Source: Chitinophagales bacterium
GTDB taxonomy: Bacteria; Bacteroidota; Bacteroidia; Chitinophagales; LD1
NCBI GenBank assembly: GCA_016786765.1
Contig: JAEUUZ010000004.1
Span: 105,311 to 169,310 of the forward strand
Length of the DNA stretch: 64,000 nucleotides
Reading direction: 5' to 3'
The notes below the pieces were generated by a model. That model did not search any database and was not told the DNA's origin. It saw nothing but the letters and a program-made list of their open reading frames with translations. This document shows, piece by piece, positions 18,212 through 28,405 of the stretch (the first letter of the stretch is position 1; every line of letters begins with the position of its first letter). The position numbers and the translations under genes are program-made.

Positions 18212-19651
18212 TTACGGGAAGATACCCATTGCATAGTAGGCATCTTTAATTTTATTGATAGACACAGCAAATGCAGCAGTTCTTAAGTCTTTCAAGTTCT
18301 TCTCCGATTTATAGAACTCACGAATATCGTGATACGCTTTAATCATTGTATCCTCTAATCCTGAATTTACTAAGTCAATCTCATCTGCACCGTGAATTAC
18401 CTTTTCAATTTGTGCACGAGAAGCCTTTTGACCTGTTATCGACTCCACTAAATCGATCATGTTGCGTTGAGCTTTCTCTTCAAATCGTTTTTGCATTCTT
18501 CCGAAACGAACGTGTGATAAGTTTTTCAACCATTCGAAATAAGAAACTGTAACTCCACCTGCATTGATATAAATATCGGGAATAATCACAACACCTTTCT
18601 TTAACAAAATCGCTTCAGCGGCAGGCGTAACCGGTCCGTTCGCTGCTTCTGCCACAATTTTAGCTTTAATATTTGGTGCATTCAATTCTGTAATCTGTTT
18701 TTCCAATGCTGCCGGAATTAAGATATCACAATCTAATTCCAAAGCGTGCGAACTGTTTTTGATATTCTTTGCACCTGGGAAATTCAAAATAGAGCCTGTT
18801 GCTTTGCGATGGGCTAATACTTCTTTTGCATCGAATCCTTTTTCATTATAGATAGCCCCTTCCATTTCGGCAATGGCAATAACTTTTGCACCATATTCTT
18901 TAATGATATTAGCCGTGTGGAATCCAACGTTACCAAGACCTTGAATGATTACACGTTTCCCATCTAGCCCCACTTCTAATCCCAATTTCTTCATATCATC
19001 TTTGTATGAGCAAACTTGTGCCAGGGCGTAAACTACACCGCGTCCGGTAGCTTCCGTTCTACCGTGAATACCATTTTGTGATACAGGCTTACCGGTAACA
19101 CAAGCATAACCATCTACATCACCCGGTTTCATGGTCATGTATGTGTCCATGATAATCGCCATTTCTTTCTCACCTGTTCCATAATCCGGAGCAGGTACGT
19201 CCAATCCCGGTCCAATGAAGTTTTTCTTAATCAACTCAGTGGTATATCTTCTTGTCACTGCCTCTAATACTTCAGGTGGCGTGTTACGTGGAGAGATTTT
19301 AATTCCCCCTTTTGCTCCTCCGAAAGGTACATCTACAATAGCACATTTATACGTCATCAACGCTGCCAATGCCATTACCTCGTCTTGATCTACATGCAAC
19401 GAGTAACGAATACCTCCTTTAGTAGGCATACGGTGATGTGAGTGCTGAACGCGATAGGCCTCAATTACCTTTACATCACTGCCGAATTTCACCGGGAAAT
19501 TCATTTTATAAATAGAGTTACATGCTTTGATTTGTTCTAGCAACCCATTTGGAGCCTTTGTAAATGGAGCTGCTTTATCGAAGTAGTAAGATACAGATTG
19601 CGAGAAAGACAACTCTTTCAAATCAACCTTTTCTGTTTCCTTTTTTGCCAT
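18212..19651 (-). CDS. gdhA: Glutamate dehydrogenase (Glu/Leu/Phe/Val family)
   Basis: [41 protein letters not shown]. Confidence 0.93.
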   Translation of the reverse strand: MAKKETEKVDLKELSFSQSVSYYFDKAAPFTKAPNGLLEQIKACNSIYKMNFPVKFGSDVKVIEAYRVQHSHHRMPTKGGIRYSLHVDQDEVMALAALMTYKCAIVDVPFGGAKGGIKISPRNTPPEVLEAVTRRYTTELIKKNFIGPGLDVPAPDYGTGEKEMAIIMDTYMTMKPGDVDGYACVTGKPVSQNGIHGRTEATGRGVVYALAQVCSYKDDMKKLGLEVGLDGKRVIIQGLGNVGFHTANIIKEYGAKVIAIAEMEGAIYNEKGFDAKEVLAHRKATGSILNFPGAKNIKNSSHALELDCDILIPAALEKQITELNAPNIKAKIVAEAANGPVTPAAEAILLKKGVVIIPDIYINAGGVTVSYFEWLKNLSHVRFGRMQKRFEEKAQRNMIDLVESITGQKASRAQIEKVIHGADEIDLVNSGLEDTMIKAYHDIREFYKSEKNLKDLRTAAFAVSINKIKDAYYAMGIFP

Positions 19652-19796
19652 ACAATTGTTTTTAGTTTGAAATTTTGGTAGAACGAAATAATAGGTTTTA
19701 ATCTGAAAACCAAATCATTTTATGTGAAAGTTTCTTTAACAGAATTTTCACACTTATAATGGTATACGATAATATGAGCGAGAAGTGACGGGGATT

Positions 19797-21074
19797 TTAT
19801 GCCTTATTATCAACTAAATCTGTGTGTTGTGTAAACACAAAATAACAAACTACCAAATGTGCAATAGCAACAACCACTTGCGTGATAAGTGCACTTTTTG
19901 CTGCACCTATGGCTCCTTCTCTTGGAATGAGCCAAAAATTGCAAACTAGATTTGTTACTATGCCTAAGATGGCTATTTGATTTAACTGTTTAAGGTTACC
20001 ATTTGCGGTGAGTAATGTACCATAAACATAAATACTGGCTAAAGGTATAAAGGCAAACATTAATATAGAGAGTACATTTGAATACCGTTCATCAAAGGTA
20101 TGATACATGATATTTGTTATATCTATTCTGAAGTAAAACGTAAATAATGCAAGTGAAATGGAAGCCACTAACACCAACAAAGTGCCTAATTTGACTAATG
20201 GAGCAACAGAAACTCTTTGTTTAATGGCTTTTGAAAAAAGAGGCAATAATAATGTAGCCACCAAAAATCCAAATTGTGTTGCAGCATCCAACAATCGATA
20301 ACCTGAAGCATATACGCCTGTTTCATCAGAGCCTTCGGGTAATAGTGTATTAAGTAAGATGCCATCAATTCTTCCGTAGATAGTCATCTGTAGCACAAGC
20401 AATGCAAAGGGAAGGGATTTTAAAATCATTAAGCGGTAAAACTTAAGATTCCATTGTGCGGTTTGTAAATGAATACGTTGCTTTAAAAACAGAAAGGCGA
20501 AAAGAGTGGTGCTGAGTAAGGCTATTGTTTGTGCTCCCACTAAGAACGCAATAGTAGTTCGCGATGAAAATTTCGGCAGTAAAAACAATACCGAGAACAT
20601 CATTAAGATAGCTAAAAGTTTATCAAGTACAGAGATGAATGCATCGATTTTAAAAATATGTAATGCTGCCACATAGGCCCGAAAATGTAAGATGAAGGAT
20701 AGCAATAACATATTTAATGCTGAGCCCAATACTAACACCAACAACCAACCTCGAACACCTGTCAATAATGCAAAAAAGAGCGTAATCACAATGTAAATAA
20801 AGGCCAATAGCATTTTTAACCGAAGGAGATTATACATATACTCTCCGGCCCTTTTTGCATTGCGGGAAACGGCTCGGTTTGTAAAATTATTAATTCCTAA
20901 ATCCAGAATTACAGAAAACAAAAATGAAAAATTAGTGGCTGTGAAATAATGTCCGTATTCAATAGCTCCTGCGCTCACTTGAATACTCCTATCCACCCCG
21001 AATATCCAGAGCGGCTTAACCACAAAGTTGGCCAACAAAAGAAAGGCAAAGTTTTTTACAAATTTTTCCCGCAT
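19797..21074 (-). CDS. Wzx-like polysaccharide/O-antigen flippase
   Basis: About 12 TM helices, DLGINN, IYGRIDG, GVYASGYRL, LIPREGAIGAA. Confidence 0.85.
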   Translation of the reverse strand: MREKFVKNFAFLLLANFVVKPLWIFGVDRSIQVSAGAIEYGHYFTATNFSFLFSVILDLGINNFTNRAVSRNAKRAGEYMYNLLRLKMLLAFIYIVITLFFALLTGVRGWLLVLVLGSALNMLLLSFILHFRAYVAALHIFKIDAFISVLDKLLAILMMFSVLFLLPKFSSRTTIAFLVGAQTIALLSTTLFAFLFLKQRIHLQTAQWNLKFYRLMILKSLPFALLVLQMTIYGRIDGILLNTLLPEGSDETGVYASGYRLLDAATQFGFLVATLLLPLFSKAIKQRVSVAPLVKLGTLLVLVASISLALFTFYFRIDITNIMYHTFDERYSNVLSILMFAFIPLASIYVYGTLLTANGNLKQLNQIAILGIVTNLVCNFWLIPREGAIGAAKSALITQVVVAIAHLVVCYFVFTQHTDLVDNKA

Positions 21075-21231
21075 GGTATTTTGCTTCGGAACGGTGCTAA
21101 GCTAATGGATTTTAGTTCGGAGAATAAGTATTCATGAAATAAAAATAGCCTTTAGCAGCTAGCTATTAGAAATTAGAGCAGAAACAGTTTCAAAATAGGC
21201 TATTCCAAGTAATATTTTTAATATTGTTTGA

Positions 21232-22362
21232 ATGAATAAACGTACTGCCATTGCCGTTAATACGCGCTTTCTGATTAAAGGGAAGTTAGAAGGTATTGGC
21301 TTATTTACGCAAGAGGTGATGAAAGCCTTTGTGCAACAACATCCGGAAATTGATTTTTATTTTTTGTTTGATCGCGCTTACGACCAGAGTTTTATTTTCG
21401 GACCGAACGTTCATCCGGTGGTGCTTTCCCCACCTGCCCGACATCCCTTTTTATGGTACATTTGGTTTGAATGGAGTGTTGCGAAATGGCTGAACAAACA
21501 TCAACCTTCGTTATTTATATCCACTGACGGATTTTGTTCCCTCCGAGCGAAAACGCCCACTATCACTGTTATTCACGACATAGCCTACGAGCATTTCCCT
21601 AACCATGTAGGAAAATTAGTGCGTTGGTATTACCAATATTTTGTACCGAAATTCATTCGCCATTCACAAAAAATAGTAACTGTTTCTGAATTTACTAAAT
21701 CAGATGTAGTTGCTCATTACCATACATCTGCTTCCAAAATTGATGTTGTTTATAACGCTGCAAAAGAAGTGTATCAGCCGATTGCAACAAGTGAACAAGA
21801 AAGCATTCGTATGAAAGTAAGCGATGGTAAACCCTATTTTGTTTATGTGGGATCGATACATCCAAGAAAGAATATCGTGCGCTTATTGGAAGCTTTTGAT
21901 GCATTTAAAACGCAAACTAAATCGGATGTAAAACTCATCATTGTCGGCAGAAAAGCATGGCAACATGATGATGTAGAGGCTAAGCTCAATTCACTTTCAG
22001 CGAAAAACGACATTCTATTTTTAGGCCATTTGAGTTCAGAAGCAACGGCTTCTATTGTTGCATCCTCTTTAGCGATGTGTTATGTTTCGTTGTTCGAAGG
22101 CTTTGGCATTCCTATTGTAGAAGCCCAACAAGCAGGTACAGCAGTAATTACATCCAATTTATCATCTATGCCGGAAGCAGCCGGTGAAGGTGCGTTATTA
22201 GTAGATCCAAACGATACACAAGCCATTGCCAAAGCCATGCAGCGGATTTTTGAAGAACTATTACTGCGTGAAACGTTAATTCAGAAAGGATTTGAAAACT
22301 GCAAACGATTTAGTTGGACCCAATCTGCTAAAAAGTTGTGGTATGTTATCCAAACCCTTTAA
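21232..22362 (+). CDS. GT4 (group 1) glycosyltransferase
   Basis: YVGSIHPRKN and EGFGIPIVEA (EX7E). Confidence 0.92.
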   Translation: MNKRTAIAVNTRFLIKGKLEGIGLFTQEVMKAFVQQHPEIDFYFLFDRAYDQSFIFGPNVHPVVLSPPARHPFLWYIWFEWSVAKWLNKHQPSLFISTDGFCSLRAKTPTITVIHDIAYEHFPNHVGKLVRWYYQYFVPKFIRHSQKIVTVSEFTKSDVVAHYHTSASKIDVVYNAAKEVYQPIATSEQESIRMKVSDGKPYFVYVGSIHPRKNIVRLLEAFDAFKTQTKSDVKLIIVGRKAWQHDDVEAKLNSLSAKNDILFLGHLSSEATASIVASSLAMCYVSLFEGFGIPIVEAQQAGTAVITSNLSSMPEAAGEGALLVDPNDTQAIAKAMQRIFEELLLRETLIQKGFENCKRFSWTQSAKKLWYVIQTL

Positions 22363-22426
22363 CAGCATTTTATTTCCGACTAACTATTTTGTAAATTTTT
22401 GCCCCCATTTTTCCGAATATTTTCCC

Positions 22427-22434
22427 TACGTTTG
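22427..22434 (+). promoter_or_regulatory. -7 promoter element TACGTTTG for corA
   Basis: TAnnTTTG consensus upstream of the CDS. Confidence 0.55.
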
Positions 22435-22477
22435 CACCGCTTCGGCAATTGTTTAACCATTTTTCAAGCCATGGACG

Positions 22478-23425
22478 ATGATCAAATACTACAAAAGAGA
22501 AAATGGTTCTTTAAAAGAACTTGAACAACCGGAAGTAGGCTGCTGGATTAACTTCTACGGTCCTTTTGCACCCGGTGAAACACAACAGTTTTCCGATAAG
22601 TTGAAAATTGATATTGATTTTATTACCGACTCCTTGGATATTGATGAACGTTCTCGTTACGAAAATGATGAGGATACCGATTTGATTGTTTTAAAAACAC
22701 CGGTTGAAAACAAAGGTATTTCTGATTCGGAAGCCCTTTACATTACTATACCGATTGGTATTATTCGAACGCCTGAACATATTATCACGGTGAGCGCTTA
22801 CCAAAATGATGTAATTGATTTTTTTGTAAACACACCTCCAAAGAACTTTAATCCTTCCGATGTGGAAGGTTTTATTCTATCGATTTTCGACAAGAACGTG
22901 GTTGTGTTCCAACAGTTTTTAAAGCAGATAAATTACAAGCGCTATTCCTACGAAAAGTCGCTTTACAACTCATCGAAAAATGAGGATTTAACCCATTTGC
23001 TCAATATTCAAAAGAGTTTGATTTATTTCGTTACCAACCTACGTTCGAACGAATTGTTGAAAATGAAAATGAAGCGAACCAATTTCTTGCGCATCACAGA
23101 TGAGGAGAAAAATTACTGGCTCGATGATATTATTATTGAAAACTCACAAGCACTGGAGGTTTCAGACATGTATTCCAACATTTTGAACGGAACCATGGAT
23201 ACTTTTGCTTCAATTATTTCAAACAATTTGAATCAAGTAATGAAGCGTTTGACCTCTGTAACCATCGTTTTAATGGTACCGACCTTAATCGCAAGTTTCT
23301 ATGGCATGAACGTAGAGCACCTTCCTTATGCACATCATCCATATTCCTTTGTCATTGTGTTCAGCATTTCCATTTTAATTTCAGTGGGTATGACTTGGGT
23401 ATTTGTAAAGAACAAGTGGTTCTAA
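22478..23425 (+). CDS. corA: CorA family Mg2+ transporter
   Basis: LDIDERSR, SFYGMNV signature, two C-terminal TM helices. Confidence 0.93.
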   Translation: MIKYYKRENGSLKELEQPEVGCWINFYGPFAPGETQQFSDKLKIDIDFITDSLDIDERSRYENDEDTDLIVLKTPVENKGISDSEALYITIPIGIIRTPEHIITVSAYQNDVIDFFVNTPPKNFNPSDVEGFILSIFDKNVVVFQQFLKQINYKRYSYEKSLYNSSKNEDLTHLLNIQKSLIYFVTNLRSNELLKMKMKRTNFLRITDEEKNYWLDDIIIENSQALEVSDMYSNILNGTMDTFASIISNNLNQVMKRLTSVTIVLMVPTLIASFYGMNVEHLPYAHHPYSFVIVFSISILISVGMTWVFVKNKWF

Positions 23426-23429
23426 ACAA

Positions 23430-24635
23430 TCACTCTTTTTGGCCTTTGTAGCCCAAAATCAAAAAGTCTTTCGTTACGGGTGGTTTGTAATAAATACCAC
23501 CAAAAATAATTTTGAGACGAGTAAGCCAATCCTTATTCATGCGCAATTCATACGCAATTTGCTGCCAACCGCTAATCACAATCGCAAAAGGATTCAACCG
23601 AATTTCAGGATTGTTCGTTAAGCCCACTGGAGGTTTTACAGCAGGTGGAATCCTGTAGGTGCCAAAAACTCTGTCCCAAAACAAAAACGGGCCTCCGCCT
23701 ACATTCACCACCTCATCACCTGGAGCAGCACTGTGATGTACATAATGATAAACACCTCCTCCAAAATATGCAGATAGCCAGCGCACAGGTTTAAAGCTAT
23801 AAGCGAAATCGTAAAACACTGTAGAATGATTAAACTTCTCTATAAAAATTCCGATAAAGGATAAAAAGATAGTATCGAAAATTAAGGGCTCGTAGGAAAA
23901 CAATTTAGTACATACCGCTCCCAATAAGGCAGATGGCAGGTTGCTAAAAAATTCGGGCAAAAACATAAATGGACCAATTCCGGCAGGATGCATAATTTCA
24001 GCAGTGTGATGACAACGATGATTCATATACCACACAAAGCGCGATTGATGTCCCAACCAATGCGATAAATAGCCGGGCAATCCACCAATAATCATTCCGC
24101 CCAATAATGCCAAAGGATATGGCAACACAGTTATTGTAGGTATATATTTTTGTATCCATGTATTCAATGCGCCATAGGCATGTCCAATAGCATCTACACC
24201 CATTTGGTAATCGAGACCCGACATCCATGCGACTACACCCAATGTGGCGAAAAACAAAAAGGTAAGCCCTAATGATACCACATTCGACAATAAATGCGCT
24301 AAGAATATTTTGTAAAATTTATCGCGACCATACTGCTTTTCCGTAAGAAAAAAACTTACCACAGCAAAGGTTGAAATATACAAAACCAACATAGCAAAGG
24401 CTCCGTAGCACATCCATTTAAATTGAGTTTGCGAGATATACGCACCGAACGGATTTTTTTGTTGTTCCATCAAATGAGTAAGATGATGATAAAGCCCTCC
24501 ACCGGTATCGTAGAGCAAATCGTACACACCAAAAACAAATAAAAACAGAATTGCTAAAATGCTCCAAACGCGAATTGCTTTTGCATTTCCGGAAGAAAAA
24601 TCATACTTAAAAATGTCCGCAAAAAACTTAATCAT
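23430..24635 (-). CDS. Sterol desaturase/fatty-acid hydroxylase family diiron enzyme (alkylglycerol monooxygenase-like)
   Basis: His boxes HWLGH, HRCHH, FNH, HYVHH and NVGG...WDRVFGTY. Confidence 0.82.
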   Translation of the reverse strand: MIKFFADIFKYDFSSGNAKAIRVWSILAILFLFVFGVYDLLYDTGGGLYHHLTHLMEQQKNPFGAYISQTQFKWMCYGAFAMLVLYISTFAVVSFFLTEKQYGRDKFYKIFLAHLLSNVVSLGLTFLFFATLGVVAWMSGLDYQMGVDAIGHAYGALNTWIQKYIPTITVLPYPLALLGGMIIGGLPGYLSHWLGHQSRFVWYMNHRCHHTAEIMHPAGIGPFMFLPEFFSNLPSALLGAVCTKLFSYEPLIFDTIFLSFIGIFIEKFNHSTVFYDFAYSFKPVRWLSAYFGGGVYHYVHHSAAPGDEVVNVGGGPFLFWDRVFGTYRIPPAVKPPVGLTNNPEIRLNPFAIVISGWQQIAYELRMNKDWLTRLKIIFGGIYYKPPVTKDFLILGYKGQKE

Positions 24636-24653
24636 ATTGTAAGTTTTGTGTTC

Positions 24654-25856
24654 TTATTTTTCAATAACGTATTCAATAGGTTTTCCAATTCGTGGATTGG
24701 TGCTATTAAAATCTTTACCCAACAATTGAATAATTGTTGCAGCAATTTGATCGTGATGATAATGTTTCCGTTGTTTTGATTCGCCAAGCGCTTTCACACC
24801 CGGACCTAATAAAGCCAACCATGTTTGTCCGGATGCAGGAAGGCCTTGTCCGTGTGTTCGCCATAACTCAAGTGCTGCGGGACCACGACCATGATCGCAG
24901 GTAACAATAAGAATCGTTTGATCTTTATAAAACGGAACAGCCTGCAATGTATTCCACAAATCGTTTATCCAAACATCGCTCTGATAGGCAGCCATCACAT
25001 AGGCAGGATAATTGCCGGTATGTCCGAAGTGATCCGTTTCGTCAAAGCCAATAAATAAAGCTTTCGGATGATTACGCACCAAATACTCCTTTGCGTGTTG
25101 GTACACAACAGTATCCTTCTCGGCATAAGTACTCACTATTGGCACTTTCGTTTGAAACTTTTCGTAGTTTGAAAGTGGCGGAACGCTTGTTACATCAGGT
25201 TTTGATGAATAGTTATAAAATACCGGAATATGATTTCTATTTGCATTTAATATTTTTGGAAAAGCATCCCAATTCCCGAATGCAGCAATGCTATTTTTGT
25301 AATAATCGTCTTGCAATAGAAAATCAAAGAGATTTAAATTTTGATTATCGGGGTGACCGTTTGAATTCACTTTTTTGTCTACATAACCACAAAACAATTC
25401 GCTGTAACCCGGATAGGAAAAGAAATACGGATTACGCACTGTCAGTTTATTCCCTTGTCGTCTATTGCCAATAATTGCGCCCTTTTCAGTTACAGTAGAC
25501 CACATAAATGGCATTAATGCTTTTCGCTTTTCTTCGCGAGTGCCTTGCGTTATTTTTGAGGCAAACGCTTTGTCGAATTTTGGATCTTTGAATAGTCGCT
25601 TTTGCAACATTTTCGAAACACCGCCAAATTGTTCTTGCCATCGGTAACCATCGAGCGTAACAATAACAAGCTTTAGTTCTTTTGGAGCAGGAGATTGTGG
25701 TACGGCCGGATATTGGGCTGCGTTTACCTCTTGCGCATATTGATTTTTCGAAATCAGTATAGGCTGTGTTTGTGCCGTTGTGCACTCCACCGGTAATGTT
25801 TGTGCGTTCGTTGAAAGAAAGAACAGAATGAACAAAACAGCAAATATTTGTCGCAT
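24654..25856 (-). CDS. Alkaline-phosphatase-superfamily (phosphodiesterase/phosphoglyceromutase-like) secreted enzyme
   Basis: Signal peptide, TLDGYRWQE, SYPGYSEL (Ser nucleophile), DETDHFGH, CDHGRG. Confidence 0.82.
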   Translation of the reverse strand: MRQIFAVLFILFFLSTNAQTLPVECTTAQTQPILISKNQYAQEVNAAQYPAVPQSPAPKELKLVIVTLDGYRWQEQFGGVSKMLQKRLFKDPKFDKAFASKITQGTREEKRKALMPFMWSTVTEKGAIIGNRRQGNKLTVRNPYFFSYPGYSELFCGYVDKKVNSNGHPDNQNLNLFDFLLQDDYYKNSIAAFGNWDAFPKILNANRNHIPVFYNYSSKPDVTSVPPLSNYEKFQTKVPIVSTYAEKDTVVYQHAKEYLVRNHPKALFIGFDETDHFGHTGNYPAYVMAAYQSDVWINDLWNTLQAVPFYKDQTILIVTCDHGRGPAALELWRTHGQGLPASGQTWLALLGPGVKALGESKQRKHYHHDQIAATIIQLLGKDFNSTNPRIGKPIEYVIEK

Positions 25857-25919
25857 AGAATATTGTTTATTTACGATTTAGAAGCCGTTCAAATTTAGCT
25901 TTATTCAAGAAAAAACAGT

Positions 25920-27545
25920 ATGACAAGAAAAATTCTTTGTGTTCTCTTTTCCTTAAGCCTATGGACGGCTAATGCTCAATTTATTACCCATGGCCCGGTG
26001 TTAGGTGCACTTACCCCTTCATCTGCACGATTCTATTTAAGATGCAACAGTCCGAAAGCATTCACCATTATACTCTCCACCGACAGTTTATTCCAATCCA
26101 ATATTTTAAAATTCAATAACGCAACTTCTGCTCAACTCGACCATTCCATTATTACCCTTTTGAATAATCTAAACCCTTCCACACGCTATTTTTACAAAGT
26201 TGAATTTGAGGGCATAGCTGACGAACGGAAAGGCTCTTTCAAAACCTTTCCTAATGTGGGCGAGCGAGGTCATTATGTTTTCACATCAGGCTCTTGCCAA
26301 GAATCTAAAAACATGAAAACCTTTGATCGGATGAGCGAAATCAATCCCGATTTGTTTATTCATCTGGGTGATTTCACCTATCCATCGTATCAAATGAATG
26401 ATGATTATCCTTCGAAATATACCGCTATCCAAGAATCGTACAGAAGACGTTATGAGGAAATCAGAATGAAAGATATGCTGTGGCATGTACCGATTGATTA
26501 TGTGTACGATGATGATGATTGCTGGGGTTCAGCCCGTACAAAAGCTGTAAACAGATGTTCGTATGCCATCGACAGCTCAACCAAAAAAGTAATCAATGCT
26601 ATCTCATTTGAAAACTACCCTGATTCAGTTCGATATAATTGCATTCGAGGGTATGTGGAATATTTTCCGGGATATAATATGGTAGATACCAGCGAAGGGC
26701 TCTATCATTCGTTTGTGATGGGGAATTGTGAATTCATTTTCATGGATACTCGCTCTACGGCTGATTGCGAAGGCGATCAATTTACGTTCGACAGTATTAG
26801 CAAAAAATGGTTGTTTACCCCAAACCCTAACCTACACCTCATTTCTGCCAAACAGATGCAGTGGACAAAGGAGCGATTATTGAATTCCAAAGCCGATTGG
26901 AAATTTTTGGTGTGTGGCCTTCCATTCAACAAAGGACTTAAACATTTGATTGACTTAGGTGTAAAAATGCAAGACATTATTGTAGCCGGTGGAGGTGAAA
27001 AAGGCACCGGATTTCGTTTAGCGGTGTCGTGGGCAAGTTACTGGGCAGGCTTCCCGAACGACCAACAGGAATTACTTGATTTCATTCACCAAAACCAAAT
27101 CAAAGATGTGTTAGTAGTTTCGGGCGATACGCACCACAATGAACTGGACAACGGGCAAAATGCCGGACTGCCGGAAATGAATGTGAGCGGATTGGCCGTG
27201 GCCGGTACTCATTTGGGCTATTACATGAATCTCATCAGTAAATTATGTGGCTATCCCGATATCAAAAAATACTTGTGGAATCATGGCGGGGGAGGTATTC
27301 ACAACAAGAACTTCAAAAATCAATTCGGTAAAATTGATGTAAATGGCAGTGACAATGTATGCATGAGTATTGTAGATGAAGATGGAAAGCCAATAGCTAA
27401 GATGAAAATCCTCCATTCAACGAAAGGAGGAACGAACATCTTCAAAGAAAAACCTTACCAAAAAAGAATGAATAAACGTTTTGGAAAGAAACCTACCGGC
27501 TGGCAACGCTTCGTGAAAAGTGTAGCGAATTCAATTTTTAAGTAA
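25920..27545 (+). CDS. PhoD-like metallophosphoesterase
   Basis: Signal peptide, THGP..G N-domain, SGSC, HLGDFTY, MDTRS, VSGDTH. Confidence 0.82.
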   Translation: MTRKILCVLFSLSLWTANAQFITHGPVLGALTPSSARFYLRCNSPKAFTIILSTDSLFQSNILKFNNATSAQLDHSIITLLNNLNPSTRYFYKVEFEGIADERKGSFKTFPNVGERGHYVFTSGSCQESKNMKTFDRMSEINPDLFIHLGDFTYPSYQMNDDYPSKYTAIQESYRRRYEEIRMKDMLWHVPIDYVYDDDDCWGSARTKAVNRCSYAIDSSTKKVINAISFENYPDSVRYNCIRGYVEYFPGYNMVDTSEGLYHSFVMGNCEFIFMDTRSTADCEGDQFTFDSISKKWLFTPNPNLHLISAKQMQWTKERLLNSKADWKFLVCGLPFNKGLKHLIDLGVKMQDIIVAGGGEKGTGFRLAVSWASYWAGFPNDQQELLDFIHQNQIKDVLVVSGDTHHNELDNGQNAGLPEMNVSGLAVAGTHLGYYMNLISKLCGYPDIKKYLWNHGGGGIHNKNFKNQFGKIDVNGSDNVCMSIVDEDGKPIAKMKILHSTKGGTNIFKEKPYQKRMNKRFGKKPTGWQRFVKSVANSIFK

Positions 27546-27598
27546 TCTTTCGAGGAAGAAAGCTCAAGAAATCTTACTTTGCCTTTTAATTCCAACTT

Positions 27599-28399
27599 AT
27601 GTCGGCTTTAAAATTCTTCTTTTCGCTAATTACATTTTCTGTATGTGTTTCATTATTTGCCCAACCTATTGCACACGGGCATGCACACAACGATTACTTG
27701 CACGAGAAACCTTTATTGGATGCACTCGTTAACGGATTCACATCGATTGAAGCGGATATTTTTCTGTATAAAAAGCAACTTGTAGTTGCGCATACCGCTA
27801 AACAACTCGACACTAAAAAAACATTGGAAGAGTTGTACTTGCGCCCAATTGATTCGCTGATTCAATTAAACAGAGCCAATGGCAATACCAGCGACAGCAC
27901 TCGCTTAATCTTAATGATTGACATTAAAAGCAGTGGCGATGAAGTGTACAGCTATTTAACCGAATTATTGCAAAAATACAAGCACGTGTTAACTCCATAT
28001 CGCAAAACAAAAGCTTTGCATTGGGGTCCGGTACAAATACTTTTATCGGGTAATAAACCAAATGTAAAAATGCTGGAAGACACCACGCTTTTTACGTTTG
28101 ATGAAGACATTGACTATAGAAACGATGCTACCGTTTTACCTTATACTACACGAATGTCGAGCGCTTGGGGGAATTATTTCAAATGGAAAGGCAAAGGAAA
28201 AATGAGCAAGCCGGAAGAAGAACGTTTAAAAAGTTTGGTCACACAAGTGCATCGCTTGAAGAAAGAAATTCGTTTCTATCATATTCCCGACAATGCAGCC
28301 GTTTGGGACGTTTTATTAAAGAATAATGTAGATTGGGTTAACACAGATAACTTAATTTTGTATCGCCAGTTTTATCTCGATTACATTCAAAAAAAATAA
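27599..28399 (+). CDS. PI-PLC/GDPD-like phosphodiesterase (AIM6-like)
   Basis: Signal peptide, HAHNDY, SIEADI, VAH, LMIDIK, VNTD. Confidence 0.82.
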   Translation: MSALKFFFSLITFSVCVSLFAQPIAHGHAHNDYLHEKPLLDALVNGFTSIEADIFLYKKQLVVAHTAKQLDTKKTLEELYLRPIDSLIQLNRANGNTSDSTRLILMIDIKSSGDEVYSYLTELLQKYKHVLTPYRKTKALHWGPVQILLSGNKPNVKMLEDTTLFTFDEDIDYRNDATVLPYTTRMSSAWGNYFKWKGKGKMSKPEEERLKSLVTQVHRLKKEIRFYHIPDNAAVWDVLLKNNVDWVNTDNLILYRQFYLDYIQKK

Positions 28400-28405
28400 C
28401 AACAA

